From NCBI GenBank assembly GCA_964016885.1, contig OZ024741.1:225494001-225558000 (forward strand): a DNA stretch of 64,000 nt, written 5' to 3'. Positions 9,744 through 22,925 of this stretch are shown piece after piece. The translations under genes were made by a program, and so were the position numbers. Numbering within the stretch: the stretch's first letter is position 1; the number at the start of each line of letters is the position of its first letter. This stretch comes from Eledone cirrhosa. Taxonomy: Eukaryota. Under the pieces are notes generated by a model. That model was not told where the DNA came from and did no database searches. It was given only the letters and a program-made list of their open reading frames with translations.

Positions 9744-12700
9744 TTTTCTCTTTCTCTTAATTTCGAGTATATTTTTTTGACCGGCCACCTTCCTGGTGGC
9801 AAGGTTGTAAAAGAAAAGAAATTGTCATCCCTTGAATCGCAAGAATGTTTTGCAAATTTTGAAGGTGCCAGCTATCACAGCCATTTGTAGACTATGAATT
9901 AGGGAGCTGCGCTTTTTGTCCGCAAATCCAAGTTCGGTCATACTTTGGTCCAAGCGGGTTGGTATATAACCCGTAGCACCAATAATGATGGGTATGAAGC
10001 TAAAGGTGTATCTTGGATACTGGATTTGTAAACTCCTCATCAATGGTCCGTAGATGTCCTCCTTCTCCTGTATTTTTCTGACAACGTTTACATCAGGTGG
10101 GCAGCTGATCTCCACAACAGAACACGTTTTCAATGTGTGGTCCCAAACTACAATATCAGGCCGGTTGTGCTTTAATTTGGTGGCAGTTTTTATTTTCAGG
10201 TTCCACCAGTATTCCTTAGTGCCATCTGTCTCAATATATTCTTCCTCGTTTGTTGTTCATTTTGTTTTCCGAAGTGCGTTCCAGATGGTTCTAGCTATCC
10301 CATCGTGTCTCATGGGGAGGTAGTAGCGAGATGACATTCTTTCGCAGCTGGCAACAATGTGGCTTACATCCTCGATCTTTGTTTTACATAAGTATAGCCT
10401 ATCCACATCACCATTGATGTTAAAGTTGCCAGTAACACTGAGAAGTTTTCGAGTTCTAACATCCATCTCACTTAGTTCTTGCAATGACCAGTTCAGTAGG
10501 CCAAATGTTGGCGTTAGAATTGGCACAGCATAAGTATTGTGGGCAATGTATTTGTTGTATGCTGACAGTTCTGATGACCATATTTTCTTTACTCTTCTGA
10601 TGTATTCAGTTCTGGTTCTCTCCTTATTTATGGGTCCATCATATCTGACATTCTCATCCTGTCCAAGATATCTGTAGTTGTCACCTGACTGCAGAGGTTG
10701 TATTGTCAGGCCGTTCATATCTAGATTTCTAGAGGAGGGCACAGCTCTTCCACGTTTTACTGCCAAATATGCACACTTGGACTCACCAAATTTCATTTTG
10801 ATGTCGGTTGAAAATTGTGTAATGAGGTCCAATTGTTTCTTGATGTCATTGATATTTGGCCCATACAACTTCAGGTCATCAACAAAGAAAAGATGGGAGA
10901 TACTTCTGGGCCCACTTCTTTGTCCACCTTGTTTCCTGAGTAGGTAAGATAGTGGATTCAGTGAGAGAACAAAGAGTAGTACTGACAAGCTATCACCCTG
11001 AAAGATGCCCTTCTGGCAATGTATCTTATCAGTCTTAACCTGCTCCCTCTCACCTCTAAGGATCAGATTGGTGTACCAGTTCTTGGTCAGGCGTTCAACA
11101 GCAACTACCAATGGTTGTGGGACTTTAGCTAACTGTAAAGCCTTAATAATCCACCCATGAGGTACACTATCAAATGCTTTTTGATAGTCCAGCCACACGA
11201 CAGTCATGTTTCTGCGATTCTTTGTTGTTTTTTCCTGAATCATTTTGTTAGTTAGTAGGTGATCTATGCAACCCCACACCTCCCTCTTTCCACCAGCTTG
11301 CTCAGGTGTTATGATGTTGTTGGTAGCACAGTGATCCTGTAAGAACAGGTTAAGGCACCCAGTATATAATTTATACATGATGTTTTGGCAGGCAATTGGG
11401 CGGTAATTTTTAGCAAGGGTGGTTTGGCTATTTTGGGGAATGAGGAGAGTAGTGGCAGTTGATAACCATCTGGGCAGTTCTTGTGTGCCCTTAATGGTTT
11501 CTGTAAACAGCCGTATGAGATCTTGCCGATAGAAAGTGAAATTCTTCAACCAGTATCCTGTAATGAGGTCTGGGCCTGGCGATTTCCTATTCGATATTTT
11601 CTGTAGAGCTGTTTCCAGTATTGCCCCATCTATGTCATATTGTTTTGTCTGGACATGTTGGCAGTAGTCCTGTTCCAGTTCTTTTAGCCAATTAGCTTGT
11701 CTGTTGAATCCGTCATCCGTTTCCCATACAGATCTCCAGTAGCTCTCAACCTGTTCTTTTGGGTTTGAGGGATTGAGCTTTTGCCACCTAAGCTGCGATA
11801 AACTGATTTAGGATCTCTGGCAAACAATCTATTTAGCACTTGTCGTTTATCTGCTGTTGACTTATATTTTAGTCTTTCTGTTGTAGCTGTGAGTTGTTGT
11901 TTCAACTGGTGTAATTTGGAGTTCAAAGTTTTAAATTTTGTATCTCCAAATCGTGTCTCTAACTTTTTCTTTAGGTCTTCCTGGTGTCATGAGAAGTTGC
12001 TCTCTATGTTGCATTTCATAACGACTGCGATGTGTGAGATACTTCGTCTCAGGGACAAAATTTTGGTTTTTAAATTTCGCATCCACGCTGGTTCAGGCTT
12101 TCTGTTTGTATCTTGATTGCGTGGTTTTAGATGTGTGTTATATGATAGCAATGTGACAGCTGAAACATATAACAAACCATTAAGCGTTTCAAATGTCGTT
12201 TCTACACCTTTAGATCGTATAGCCTTCAGATAATTGCCAGCTATTTCGTTCACCGCTTCCAATTCCAATTTAGTGGGTTCTTTACTGACTCTAGTGTTGT
12301 ATGGTCTGTCACTCACATTAAGGCTGTGTATCTCTTGAAACATATCGTTCCATATCACTTGTAGGGTGCCCACAAGTTTTTAGTGCTCTGTTTGTACAGT
12401 AGAGTCATGAATTGCAGCCTCGTTGTTGATGTGGTGACAATTACTACTAGAGTCAGCTGACCTTTCTCGCTGTTCTTCAGTGGAAGTGGGATGGATTTCA
12501 GCAAAATTGTTGGTGAGCTGTTCACTGTTAGATTTAGCTGGCCATTCTCTTTGTCTGTCAGTGGAGGTGGGGTGGTTGTCTACAAGGGCTGTATTTGTAT
12601 TATCACTCAATTCCGTTAGATGTATCAATTTACATCTAATGATACGTTTTGCCTGTTCATTTAGATGCTTTGGAGAAAAGTCTAATTCTGGGTGTTTGGA

Positions 12701-13476
12701 GTTCCATAAAGTTATTAGCCTTTGCATAAAACCGAACTTTTGGGGTTCAGATTGTTTGTATGCTTCATATAATACTTTGTTAAGCTTGTAGCTCCATTGT
12801 GTACAACGGTTGTAGTTGCGATTTGGTCGAAGGAGACTTGTACTTTTTGCCATGATGAGTTCGTCTATTCACTAATATTTCGTATTTATTTTTAAAATAG
12901 TCGATGATCTTCTTTAAAAGTTACGACAAAGTTCTGTCAGAATCAAATTTAAAGTTATTCACAGCTTGGGTAATATTTCTTTTCAGTTAGTTTTTAATTC
13001 TACAACTGTGTTTTAAACGTTGTTCTTGAATAGTTTGAATCGAGAACAAAAAGAACCGTTACTTAGTACATTCCTTTATGAATGTAATATAATATAACAA
13101 CGCTGTATTTATATGTTAAAGTTTATGTATCATTCATATAAATAGGTGTTCTACAACTTATTCACAACATATTCACAGTTCAAACACTTATATTTTTGTT
13201 TCTGAATCGAAAACGTTACTTGTATATTTCTTTATAAATGTAATATAACAACGTTGCATTTATATGTTAAAGTGTATGTATCGTTCATATATTATCGTTC
13301 ATATAAATAGATGTTTTACAACACACTTACAGTTCAAACACTTATGTAGAATTATTGTATGTAATCTTACCGCGTAATGTAGCTCAACTTTTTCCAATAT
13401 ATGGTATGTTGCCTTCATGTAAGCCGTAATTACACACGTCCGATTATCGGACACTGACCACAACGGTCGCCATTTA
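9744..13476 (-). mobile_element. Near full-length R4/Dong-like element, family B, inserted in (ACAT)n
   Basis: N-terminal W..LN..LY.AY..SEP...GF.QRL..LW...HP domain (12853), PGPD, NYRPIAC, WLDYQKAFDSVPH, GIFQGDSLS, LFFVDDLKL, RHD, RPD..VW...VEISCP; stops, frameshifts and an internal deletion; (ATGT)n at both ends. Confidence 0.92.
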
Positions 13477-13552
13477 TGTGTATGTATGTATGTATGTATG
13501 TATGTATGTATGTATGTATGTATGTATGTATGTATGTATGTATGTATGTATC

Positions 13553-13845
13553 TAGGAGTGAAGGACCCCTAGATTTTGTCAGGGCATTCTTCTAGTAGAA
13601 AGCAACTCAGGAAACTGGGATAACTCCGATATAAAACCTGCGGCTCAGTAGTTACCGATGATGTTGATTTTTTCTTCTTTTCGGGTTATAGCTACTGTCG
13701 CTCAGAGAGTGGGATTGGCTTAGTGCACAGTCTTTCCTCACTTTAAAAAATATCTTCACGCACAGGCATTGCTCGATAGAATTAATAATTATTAATAATA
13801 GTATATCGTGCAATGGCCATACTCGATAACGAGGGGCAGCCATTA
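13553..13845 (+). mobile_element. Non-autonomous RTE-derived element, family B
   Basis: Matches 38663-39013; ends in the RTE tail stem-loop. Confidence 0.8.
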
Positions 13846-13855
13846 TCTATGTAAG

Positions 13856-16800
13856 TTCTTCTGGTTTTATAATTTCACAAAGTTTTACCAATAGAGAGAG
13901 AGTCGGTTTCTAACATAGACACACGACTTTCTCATTGGAATTTACACAATATCAACTAGGTAGATATGTATGTATGCATGCATGTGTAGATATGGATGTT
14001 AATGTATGTGTGGATGTGTATGTTTTGAGTTGTATGTGTGCATGTGGATATGCTTTGTATCTGTACATGTGTATATGCAGTAATTAGATGCAACATTTTT
14101 GGAATGTTTTACATATTTTTACTGTTCCATTAATGGATTGTACTTTTAATTTCCTAACTAGTTGTGTTCTTTCTGTTCTTGTGAAGCCTAGCTTCTCAAG
14201 ATTTGTATTGAGGCAGTTACTTAACATACCCCAGTGCTCCAATAATCACAGGCATAAATCTGAAGGTGTAATCAGGGTGGAGTATCTGCAGATTTCTCAT
14301 CAGTTCTGCATAAATATTCTCCTTTTCACTAATCTTTGATATTATATTGGCATCTGCTGGGCAGCTAATTTCCACTACTGTGCATGCTTTCTTCTCTCTG
14401 TCCCATATCATAATATCTGGTCTGTTATCCCTGCATTTTATTGGGGTTTTTCTGGAACATTCCACCAATACTCTTTCATATTATGTATATGGATGTCTTC
14501 CACATTGCTGTAGCTTTTAATATGTTTATTATCGGGGCTATCTTTTTTACGAACTACATTGTACAGTGATATCCTCGATGGTAGTTCTGTTATCACATCT
14601 AGGTGTTTTGCCTGCATCCCTATCTCTTTTGTGAATCAGGAATTTCGTGTTAATCTCCTGTTCTTGGATTGCAAAAGCGTATCCTTCAAAGTGGGAGCCA
14701 ATATAGCGGTTGTTGGTCCAAGATAGACTACTTTCCTTATCTATATTACTCTCACTCTGAACTTCCTGGCAACATATCCATGCATGATTCTTTGCTGATA
14801 AGTATGCAGTTTTTCATCCATGGATTCACTGCGATACTGCTGAGCAACTTCTCTGGGAGTGAGTTTTTGATTAACACACAGGGAATACCTCTCGAGGAGT
14901 TCCTTCCCAACTCTCATGATCTTATCTGTTTCATGCAGAAGCGGGCTCCTTCGCTTCGAGGTTTGTAGATGTTGACGGAGAGATATGATGCGACATTCAA
15001 ATGTTGTCTGGACTGATGTTAGGCCTCTGCCTCCCTGCTTACGTTTCAAGTAAAGGCGGTCTGTGTCACTGTTGATGTGGAAGTTTCCGATGTTGTTCAG
15101 TATTTTTCGAGTTCCAACATCAACTGCTCGGATTTCGTCTATCGTCCAATTGAGTATTCCAAACGTTGGTGTTAGGACAGGCACAGCAAACACATTGTGA
15201 CCCACTGTTTTGTTATGCGCAGAGAGTTCCGATGACCAGATCTTAATCGGGTGTAGTATTCCCTGGTTACGCGTTCTTTATTACAGATACCATTACAGGA
15301 TATGTTCTCATCTATCCCCAGGTATCTGTAGCAGTCCTCATCAGATATCGGTGAAACAGTTAGACCATTGATGACAATGTTGCTAGATTGGGTTGTTGTT
15401 TTTCCCCGCTTTACAGTCATGTATGAGCATTTATCTTGGCCAAACTCCACTCCTATATCCTTTGAGAACGTTGTAACCAGGACAAGACTTTTCTTCATCC
15501 CATCCATGTTCTTGGCATAGAGTTTCAGATCGTCCACAAAGAAGTTATGGGTTAGGTTCGTATTTCTGTCCTCCTGTGAGCCAATGATGTATCCCTCACA
15601 TTTCTTGAGCAGAAAGGACAAGGGGTTTAAAGACAGTATGAATAATATCACGGAGAGACTGTCCCCCTGAAATATACCCCTGCAATATTTTATTTTATCA
15701 GTGAAAATAGAGTCATCCCTCTCTGTCTTTAACCTTAGGATAGTAGCCCAAGAAGAAGACATCCTCTCTATGGCTCTGACAATAATGTCTGGGACTTTAG
15801 CAAGTTGGAGGGCCTCCATCATCCAAGAGTGGGGAACAGAATCGAAAGCTTTCTTGTAGTCCAGCCAGACTGTAGCCATATTCCTCCTATGTTGTCGCAC
15901 CTCCGACATCGCAGTTTTGTTGATTAGGAGTTGTTCAGCACATCCTCAAACACTTTTCTTTCCAGCTTCTTGTTCATCTGTGATGATGTTATTATTTTCA
16001 CAGTGATCTTGGAGGAATAGGATCAGGCAGGCTGTATACATCTTATACATCAGGTTCTGGCATGCAATGGGTCGGTAGTTTTTTGGCAAGTGGGTGTCTT
16101 TGTTCTTGGGGACCAGTAACGTTTGTGCTAATGTCAACCATTCTGGTATAAGTGTATCTCCCTTAAGAACTTGTTGGTAGAGGTCAGTAAGATACCGCCG
16201 ATAGAATATTAGTTTCTTGTACCAGTAGCCGACAATCATGTCTCTTCTTGGTGTTTTCTTATCTTGGAGTTTTCCTATTACAGTCTCAAGGGTACCCTCA
16301 CTTATTTCGTATGTTTTTGTTGTAGTGTAGGAGCAATAGTTCTTTCGGATTTCTCTTAGCCACACTGCATCTTGGTTGAAATTCTTCTTTTCACCCCATA
16401 TTTTTTTCCAAAAGGAATCTATGTCTTTCTGGGATGGGGCCTCAGTGACACTTATTATTTTTCCCTTCATATCCCTATAGACCGATGTTTGCTTTAGTCT
16501 GAATCTTTTATTAAGCATTTTTCTCTCATTTACCTTCTTCAGGTATCGGCGTTTTTAGCTAACAGCTCTCAATTCTTGTTTGAGGGTGTTCAGCTTATAC
16601 TGGAGAGTTCTGGTTCTACTGTTACCAAACATCGTCTCTATTTTATTTTTCACTCTTTGTTGGTGAGGAGTGAGGTTTTTTTGTGTTTGTTTGCATGTAA
16701 GGAGCATTGTAACATGTCCTATGTTTTTTCGTAGGTCAGAAATCTTTTTTTCTATTTTAGTTATATATGATGGTATTTTTGGTGGTGTTTTGTTCTTGTT

Positions 16801-17874
16801 AATATCTCTGCTATCACCAAGATAATGCTTCACTGTCATTGCTAAGGCATATAAACAGGCGTTGATTTGCCCAAATGTTGGGGTTTTTATCCGTCGTAAA
16901 TATTCATCCCCTATTTCGTCAATAACACGTAGTATTTCATTATCTGTTTTTTTACTCACCATTGTCATTTTAACACGTTCAGCAAGAGAGATATTTATAC
17001 ATGAGTTAATTTCTCTCTGGAAGATTTCGTTGAGGGAAATTTTCAATTGTTTATACTTTTGATTATCATTATCGATAGTATTTTCCACAACAGTTGAGGT
17101 AGACTCGGATGGTATACGTGGTGTCACATTTATTCGAATATTATTATTATTTCTTCGATTATTATTATTATCGATAGTGTTTTCCGCAGCATTCGAGGTA
17201 GACTTAGATGGTAGAGGTCGTGTCAAGTTTCTTACAGGCATAGTTGTTTCAAGGCGCTGTTCGACCTGGCTGCTAGGAAGTCTAGTAGCATGGCGATCTG
17301 TAGCACGTGTTGTTGATTCCATGTTTGTTGTGGGAGACTTACAATTAATAATATTTATCTTATTTTTACGTTCAACCAACGTCGCTTGTTGGCGTAATTA
17401 TTTCGCTGTGAAATAATTTAGCCCTGGGTGCATTTCGTCCCAGTGTAGCTACATTCTATTCATATAGCCAATGGAGGGATTGTTTTTTGCCATTTTATAA
17501 CAATTAAATAAACATTATTAAGTTCGCAACTCCAAGAGAAATGCGATTTATAATTTCGGTTTCTTCTGTAGCTACAACTGAATAAAGTTTGCTTACCTTC
17601 TTTGTTATTTGTCTTCGATACTTCCTTAATTTTCTTGTTGATGTTGTGTTCAGCCAGGCTGTTTGTAGCAAATCCTTGTAAAATGAATTATGTATTTAGT
17701 CGGATATCTCTACTAATTCGAATAAAAGGTGTCTTCAGAAGGGATAGTTAGAAGAATAACCAGTTATTCAACATGACTGTAGTTGTGGCATTACTGTCGG
17801 AGATAGTATTCATCTTAAATTTAATAAATAGTCTCCCACGCCAAAATATGCGACTGATCGCGTTGACTGATGGA
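13856..17874 (-). mobile_element. Near full-length R4/Dong-like element, family C, inserted in (ACAT)n
   Basis: GYMNRM..W...HP N-terminal motif (about 17480), NYRPIACQN, WLDYKKAFDSVPH, GIFQGDSLS, FFVDDLKL, NRPDIMIWD...VEISCP; decayed; ends ...TATAAAACCAGAAGAA. Confidence 0.92.
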
Positions 17875-18049
17875 ATGTATGTATGTATGTATGTATGTAT
17901 GTATGTATGTATGTATGTATGTATGTATGTATGTATGTATGTATGTATGTATGTATGTATGTATGTATGTATGTATGTATTTGTGTATGAATGTATGTGT
18001 GTAATATTTGTTTGTATGAATGTATGTGTGTATGTATGTATGTATATAT

Positions 18050-18657
18050 GTCAGGTCACCAGTTGGTGCTACTGGTAACATGTATCCCAGTACAACCTGT
18101 CTCATGGTCGGGTCGTTGGCGACTAAACTGGCAACCCCACCAAGGTTTCTTGGTGAGGAGGGTGACTTTGGACATCCTGCAGGACTAAAAACAAAACCTG
18201 TCAAAGGGCAAAGGAGCTCTTAAGAGTCAATGGCCATCCAAAATCACCGGGAGAGATGACCCCTTAGCCTTTGTCAAGGCAGAATTCTAGGAGAAGGAAA
18301 ACTCTGATATAACACCTGCAACCCTGATGGTATCCAATGATGTTGACTTGTTCTTCTTTTTGGTAAATATCATCTTGGTTAAGAGAGTGGGACTGGCTTT
18401 GTGCAGTGCCTTTGCTCACTATAAAAGCTTCACGGCACAGGCATTGCTTTATATCTGGAGATCTCTCTGCACTTGTCGTCACATGGTACCATGGGCCCAG
18501 CACTATGTGTCAATAATTGTCACAAGTGTAGTGTTTGTACCAGAGTTTTCAAGTCGCTGGCTGGAATAAAAAGTCACATTCGTTCAGCGCATCGGTAGGG
18601 GTTCTCCTACATGTATATAAAGTAGTGGCCGTACTCGAAAACGAGTTGGCAGCCACC
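18050..18657 (+). mobile_element. Family A non-autonomous RTE derivative, apparently full length (608 bp)
   Basis: Same 5' start (GTCAGGTCACCAG) and 3' end as the 19014-19621 copy. Confidence 0.88.
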
Positions 18658-18685
18658 ATGTATGTATGTAGGTGTGTATGTATGT

Positions 18686-18785
18686 GCCTGTCTCATGGTC
18701 GGGTAGTTGGCGACTAAATTGGCAACCCCACCAAGGTTTCTTGGTGAGGAGGGTGACTTTGGACATCCTGCAGGACTAAAAACAG
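18686..18785 (+). mobile_element. Family A internal fragment
   Basis: Matches about 18096-18194. Confidence 0.75.
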
Positions 18786-18854
18786 ATGTATATATATATG
18801 TATGTATACATATATGTATGTATATATATATATGTATGTGTGTATATATATATG

Positions 18855-18906
<52 letters not shown>

Positions 18907-18910
18907 CATG

Positions 18911-19013
<103 letters not shown>

Positions 19014-19621
19014 GTCAGGTCACCAGTTGGTGCTACTGGTAACATGTATCCCAGTACAACCTGTCTCATGGTCGGGTCGTTGGCGACTAAACTGGCAACC
19101 CCACCAAGGTTTCTTGGTGAGGAGGGTGACTTTGGACATCCTGCAGGACTAAAAACAAAACTTGTCAAAGGGCAAATGAGCTCTTAAGAGTCAATGGCCA
19201 TCCAAAATCATTGGGAGAGATGACCCCTTAGCCTTTGTCAAGGCAGAATTCTAGGAGAAGGAAAACTCTGATATAACACCTGCAACTCTGATGGTATCCA
19301 ATGATGTTGACTTGTTCTTCTTTTTGGTAAATATCATCTTGGTTAAGAGAGTGAGACTGGCTTTGTGCAGTGCCTTTGCTCACTATAAAAGCTTCACGGC
19401 ACAGGCATTGCTTTGTATCTGGAGATCTCTCTGCACTTGTCGTCACATGGTACCAAAGGCAAAGCACTATGTGTCAATAATTGTCACAAGTGTAGTGTTT
19501 GTACCAGAGTTTTCAAGTCGCTGGCGGGACTAAAAAGTCACACTCGTTCAGCGCATCGGTAGGGGTTCTCCTACATGGATATAAAGTAGTGGCCGTACTC
19601 GAAAACGAGTTGGCAGCCACC
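19014..19621 (+). mobile_element. Family A non-autonomous RTE derivative, full length
   Basis: Near-identical to 18050-18657. Confidence 0.88.
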
Positions 19622-19634
19622 ATGTATGTATGTA

Positions 19635-19735
19635 TATCTTCACGCAGAGCCATTGCACGATAGAATTAATTAATAATTATTAATAGTGGTATATCGTGCA
19701 ATGGCCATACTCGATAACGAGGGGGCAGCCATCAT
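19635..19735 (+). mobile_element. Family B 3' fragment
   Basis: ATCTTCACGCA...TAATAATT...ATGGCCATACTCGATAACGAGGGGGCAGCCATC. Confidence 0.75.
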
Positions 19736-19736
19736 C

Positions 19737-20520
19737 TATGTATGTATCTATGTAACAATGTATGTATATCTATGTATGTATGTGTGTATGTGTGTATGTA
19801 TTTTTTTGTGTATGAATGTATGTATGTATGTATGTATGTATGTATGCATGCATGTATGTGTATATGTATGTATGCATGTATCTGTATATGTATGTATCAA
19901 TGTATGTAGGCATTATGTGTTTATGTATGTATGTATGTATGTAGGTATGTATGTATTCATGTATGTGTATATGTATGTATAAATGTACGTAGGTATTATG
20001 TATGTATGTGTGTATGTATATATGTGTATGTATGTATGTGTATATGTATGTGTATATGTATGTGTATATGTTTTGTAAGCATGTATGCATGTCTATATCT
20101 ATGTATGTATCAATGTATGTATCAATGTATGTATGTATTATGTATGTATTATGTATGTATGTATGTATGTATATATGCATGTATGCATGTATGTGTGTAT
20201 GTGTATATGTGAGTATGTATGCATGTCTCTGTATGTATGCATGTATGTGTATGTATGCATGTATGTATGCTTTATATTATTACATGTATGTGTGTATGTA
20301 TATATGTGTGTATGTATACATGTGTGTATGTATGTGTGTATGTATATATGTGTATGTATATATATGTGTATGTATATATGTATTTATATATGTATATATG
20401 TATGCATGTATATATGCTTTATATTATTACATGTATGTGTGTATGTATATATGTGTGTATGTATATATGTGTGTATGTATGTGTGTATGTATATATGTGT
20501 ATGTATATGTACAATTACAT
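19737..20520. repeat. Degenerate (ATGT)/(GT)/(AT) microsatellite field
   Basis: Direct reading. Confidence 0.9.
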
Positions 20521-20616
20521 ACATATAGACTACAACTAGTGCTGACACATGCACAAATGCATCTGTTTTCCCCCTCACAACACCACCAACGCTAGCACTA
20601 GTCCCACTATCGTCAT

Positions 20617-21053
20617 CCATCACCACCACCACCATCACCACCACCATCATCACCATCATCATCATCATCATCATCATCACCAACAACAGCAGTACCACCA
20701 CCACCACCACTCCTCCTCTTCCCACCACCACCACCACCACTACTACCACATGCTCTTTATTAGCTATGACATTCACCGTACAGTGGCAAAGACTTCAATT
20801 TAACAACAGAACCGAACATTTTTATTATAAAATACATAGCGTTGTATGGGTCTGCATAAACATCTGTTCTTTAATTGGTTTAAACACACATAAATCGTGT
20901 GTGTTTAAACCAATTAAAATATACAAGCAACAGAATCAAAACAACAAGAGCAACAGTTGCTGCAACAGCAGTAACAGCAACAATAACAGCAATGACAATA
21001 GCAGCAGTCGTAATAGAAGCAACAGCAACAACAACAACACCACCACCACCACC

Positions 21054-21084
<31 letters not shown>

Positions 21085-21241
21085 GCAACAACAACAACTG
21101 CTCAATACTATTGTATAATTCACCTGTCATATTACTTTTGCTGTGATAATTGAGAAGCTTGTGACATTCTCTCAAACAGAACTGATTTTCACAATAGATA
21201 TTTCAAATATATCATGTCTCGCATTGTTAATGGTTCTGCTG

Positions 21242-21272
<31 letters not shown>

Positions 21273-21785
21273 CGGTGGTGATGAGGATGGCGGTGGTGAT
21301 GAGGATGGCGGTGGTGATGATAATGGTGGTGGCGGTGATGATGAGGATGGCGGTGGTGATGATGATGATGGTGATGATGAGGATGGCGGCGGTGATGGTA
21401 ATGGTGGCGGTGATGATGAGGATGGCGGTGGTGATGATGAGGATGGCGGTGGGGATGAGGATGGTGGTGATGATGAGGATGGCGGTGGTGATGATGAGGA
21501 TGGCGGTGGGGATGAGGACGTTGATAATGGCAATCGCGAAGACGACGATGATACAAAACACTGATAAAAAGGATGAGTGTGATGATGATGACTGTGATGA
21601 TGATGACTGTGATGCGGATGACGGTGATGACGGTGATGATGATGACTGTGATGCGGATGACGGTGATGACGATGGTGATGATGGTGATGATGGTGATAAT
21701 GAGGGTGTTGATGATAGCAATCACGATGACGACGTTGATGAGAACGTTGATGATGAGGATGACGATGTGATGATGATAATGGTAA
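20617..21785. repeat. Trinucleotide low-complexity tracts: (CAY)n, (CAA/CAC)n, (GAT/GGT)n
   Basis: Direct reading at 20617-20750, 20940-21100 and 21240-21785. Confidence 0.9.
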
Positions 21786-21787
21786 TA

Positions 21788-21966
21788 ATTGTTTCTATTT
21801 TAGGTACAAGGCCAACAAATACCCAGTACATTACTGGTACTTTATTTTATCGACCCCATAAGGATGAAAGGCAAAGTTAACCTCGGCGGGATTTGAACTC
21901 AGAATGGCAAGGGTCGTAACTCTATACGTCAAAGCATGGCGTCCGACCCTCTACCGACACTGGCAA
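21788..21966 (-). mobile_element. SINE family 1
   Basis: Reverse complement of the family consensus. Confidence 0.85.
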
Positions 21967-22319
21967 TGATCTTTGAACTCAGAACATAGAGAGCCAGAAC
22001 AACAACAACAACAACAACAACAACAATAACAATAGTAGTAATAAATAGGCGGGAGGAAGAAAAAAAGTCACCTTCAGACCAGTGACCTGGCCCAGATGTT
22101 TGCAGTAGACCAAACTCTACTAAAGAAACCCAAAGGCCAGATTGTGTTAAACTGACCATGGTACTAGCAAATTTCTAACCATATAGTCATGCCTGCACAC
22201 ACAGGGAACCATATTGATATTATTTGGTTTCAGTTATCCCCCACTTCTATAATTCTTGCATTTAAAACCTGTCGTACGTAACCCATCCCTCTCTAGATCA
22301 GAACACAGCCAAGTTCTTC

Positions 22320-22648
<329 letters not shown>

Positions 22649-22736
22649 TCAGGGGCGTTTAACATATTCCATTGGGGGGTCACTTTTGAACATTGGAACA
22701 ACTATTAGAGCCATTAATATTTATTAAGTACTAGAG

Positions 22737-22925
22737 AGGGCGTTGGATTGGCAGTATCGGTAGAGAGTCGGACGCCATGCTTTCCAGCATAGTTACGTCC
22801 CTTTACGGACTGAGTTCAAATCCTGCCGAGGTTAACTTTGCCTTTCATCCTTTCGAGGTCGATAAAATAAAGTACCAGTAATGTAATGGGTAATTGCTGG
22901 CCGTGTGTCAACAGTAGAAACAATT
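22737..22925 (+). mobile_element. SINE family 1, full length
   Basis: Full consensus; ATTAATATTTATTAAG occurs on both sides (probable target-site duplication). Confidence 0.88.

Noticed and set aside
18050-18170. HDV-like or twister ribozyme at the family A 5' end
   Set aside because: Partial elements (ACC-TGTCTCAT-GGT, CTAA-ACTGG) but I could not build a consistent P1/P1.1, and the twister CCCAAGC loop is absent; a covariance-model search would settle it
21143-21880. 245-aa Met-rich or Asp-rich ORF and overlapping poly-His/Asp ORFs
   Set aside because: Trinucleotide repeat open in several frames on both strands; no domain or splice evidence
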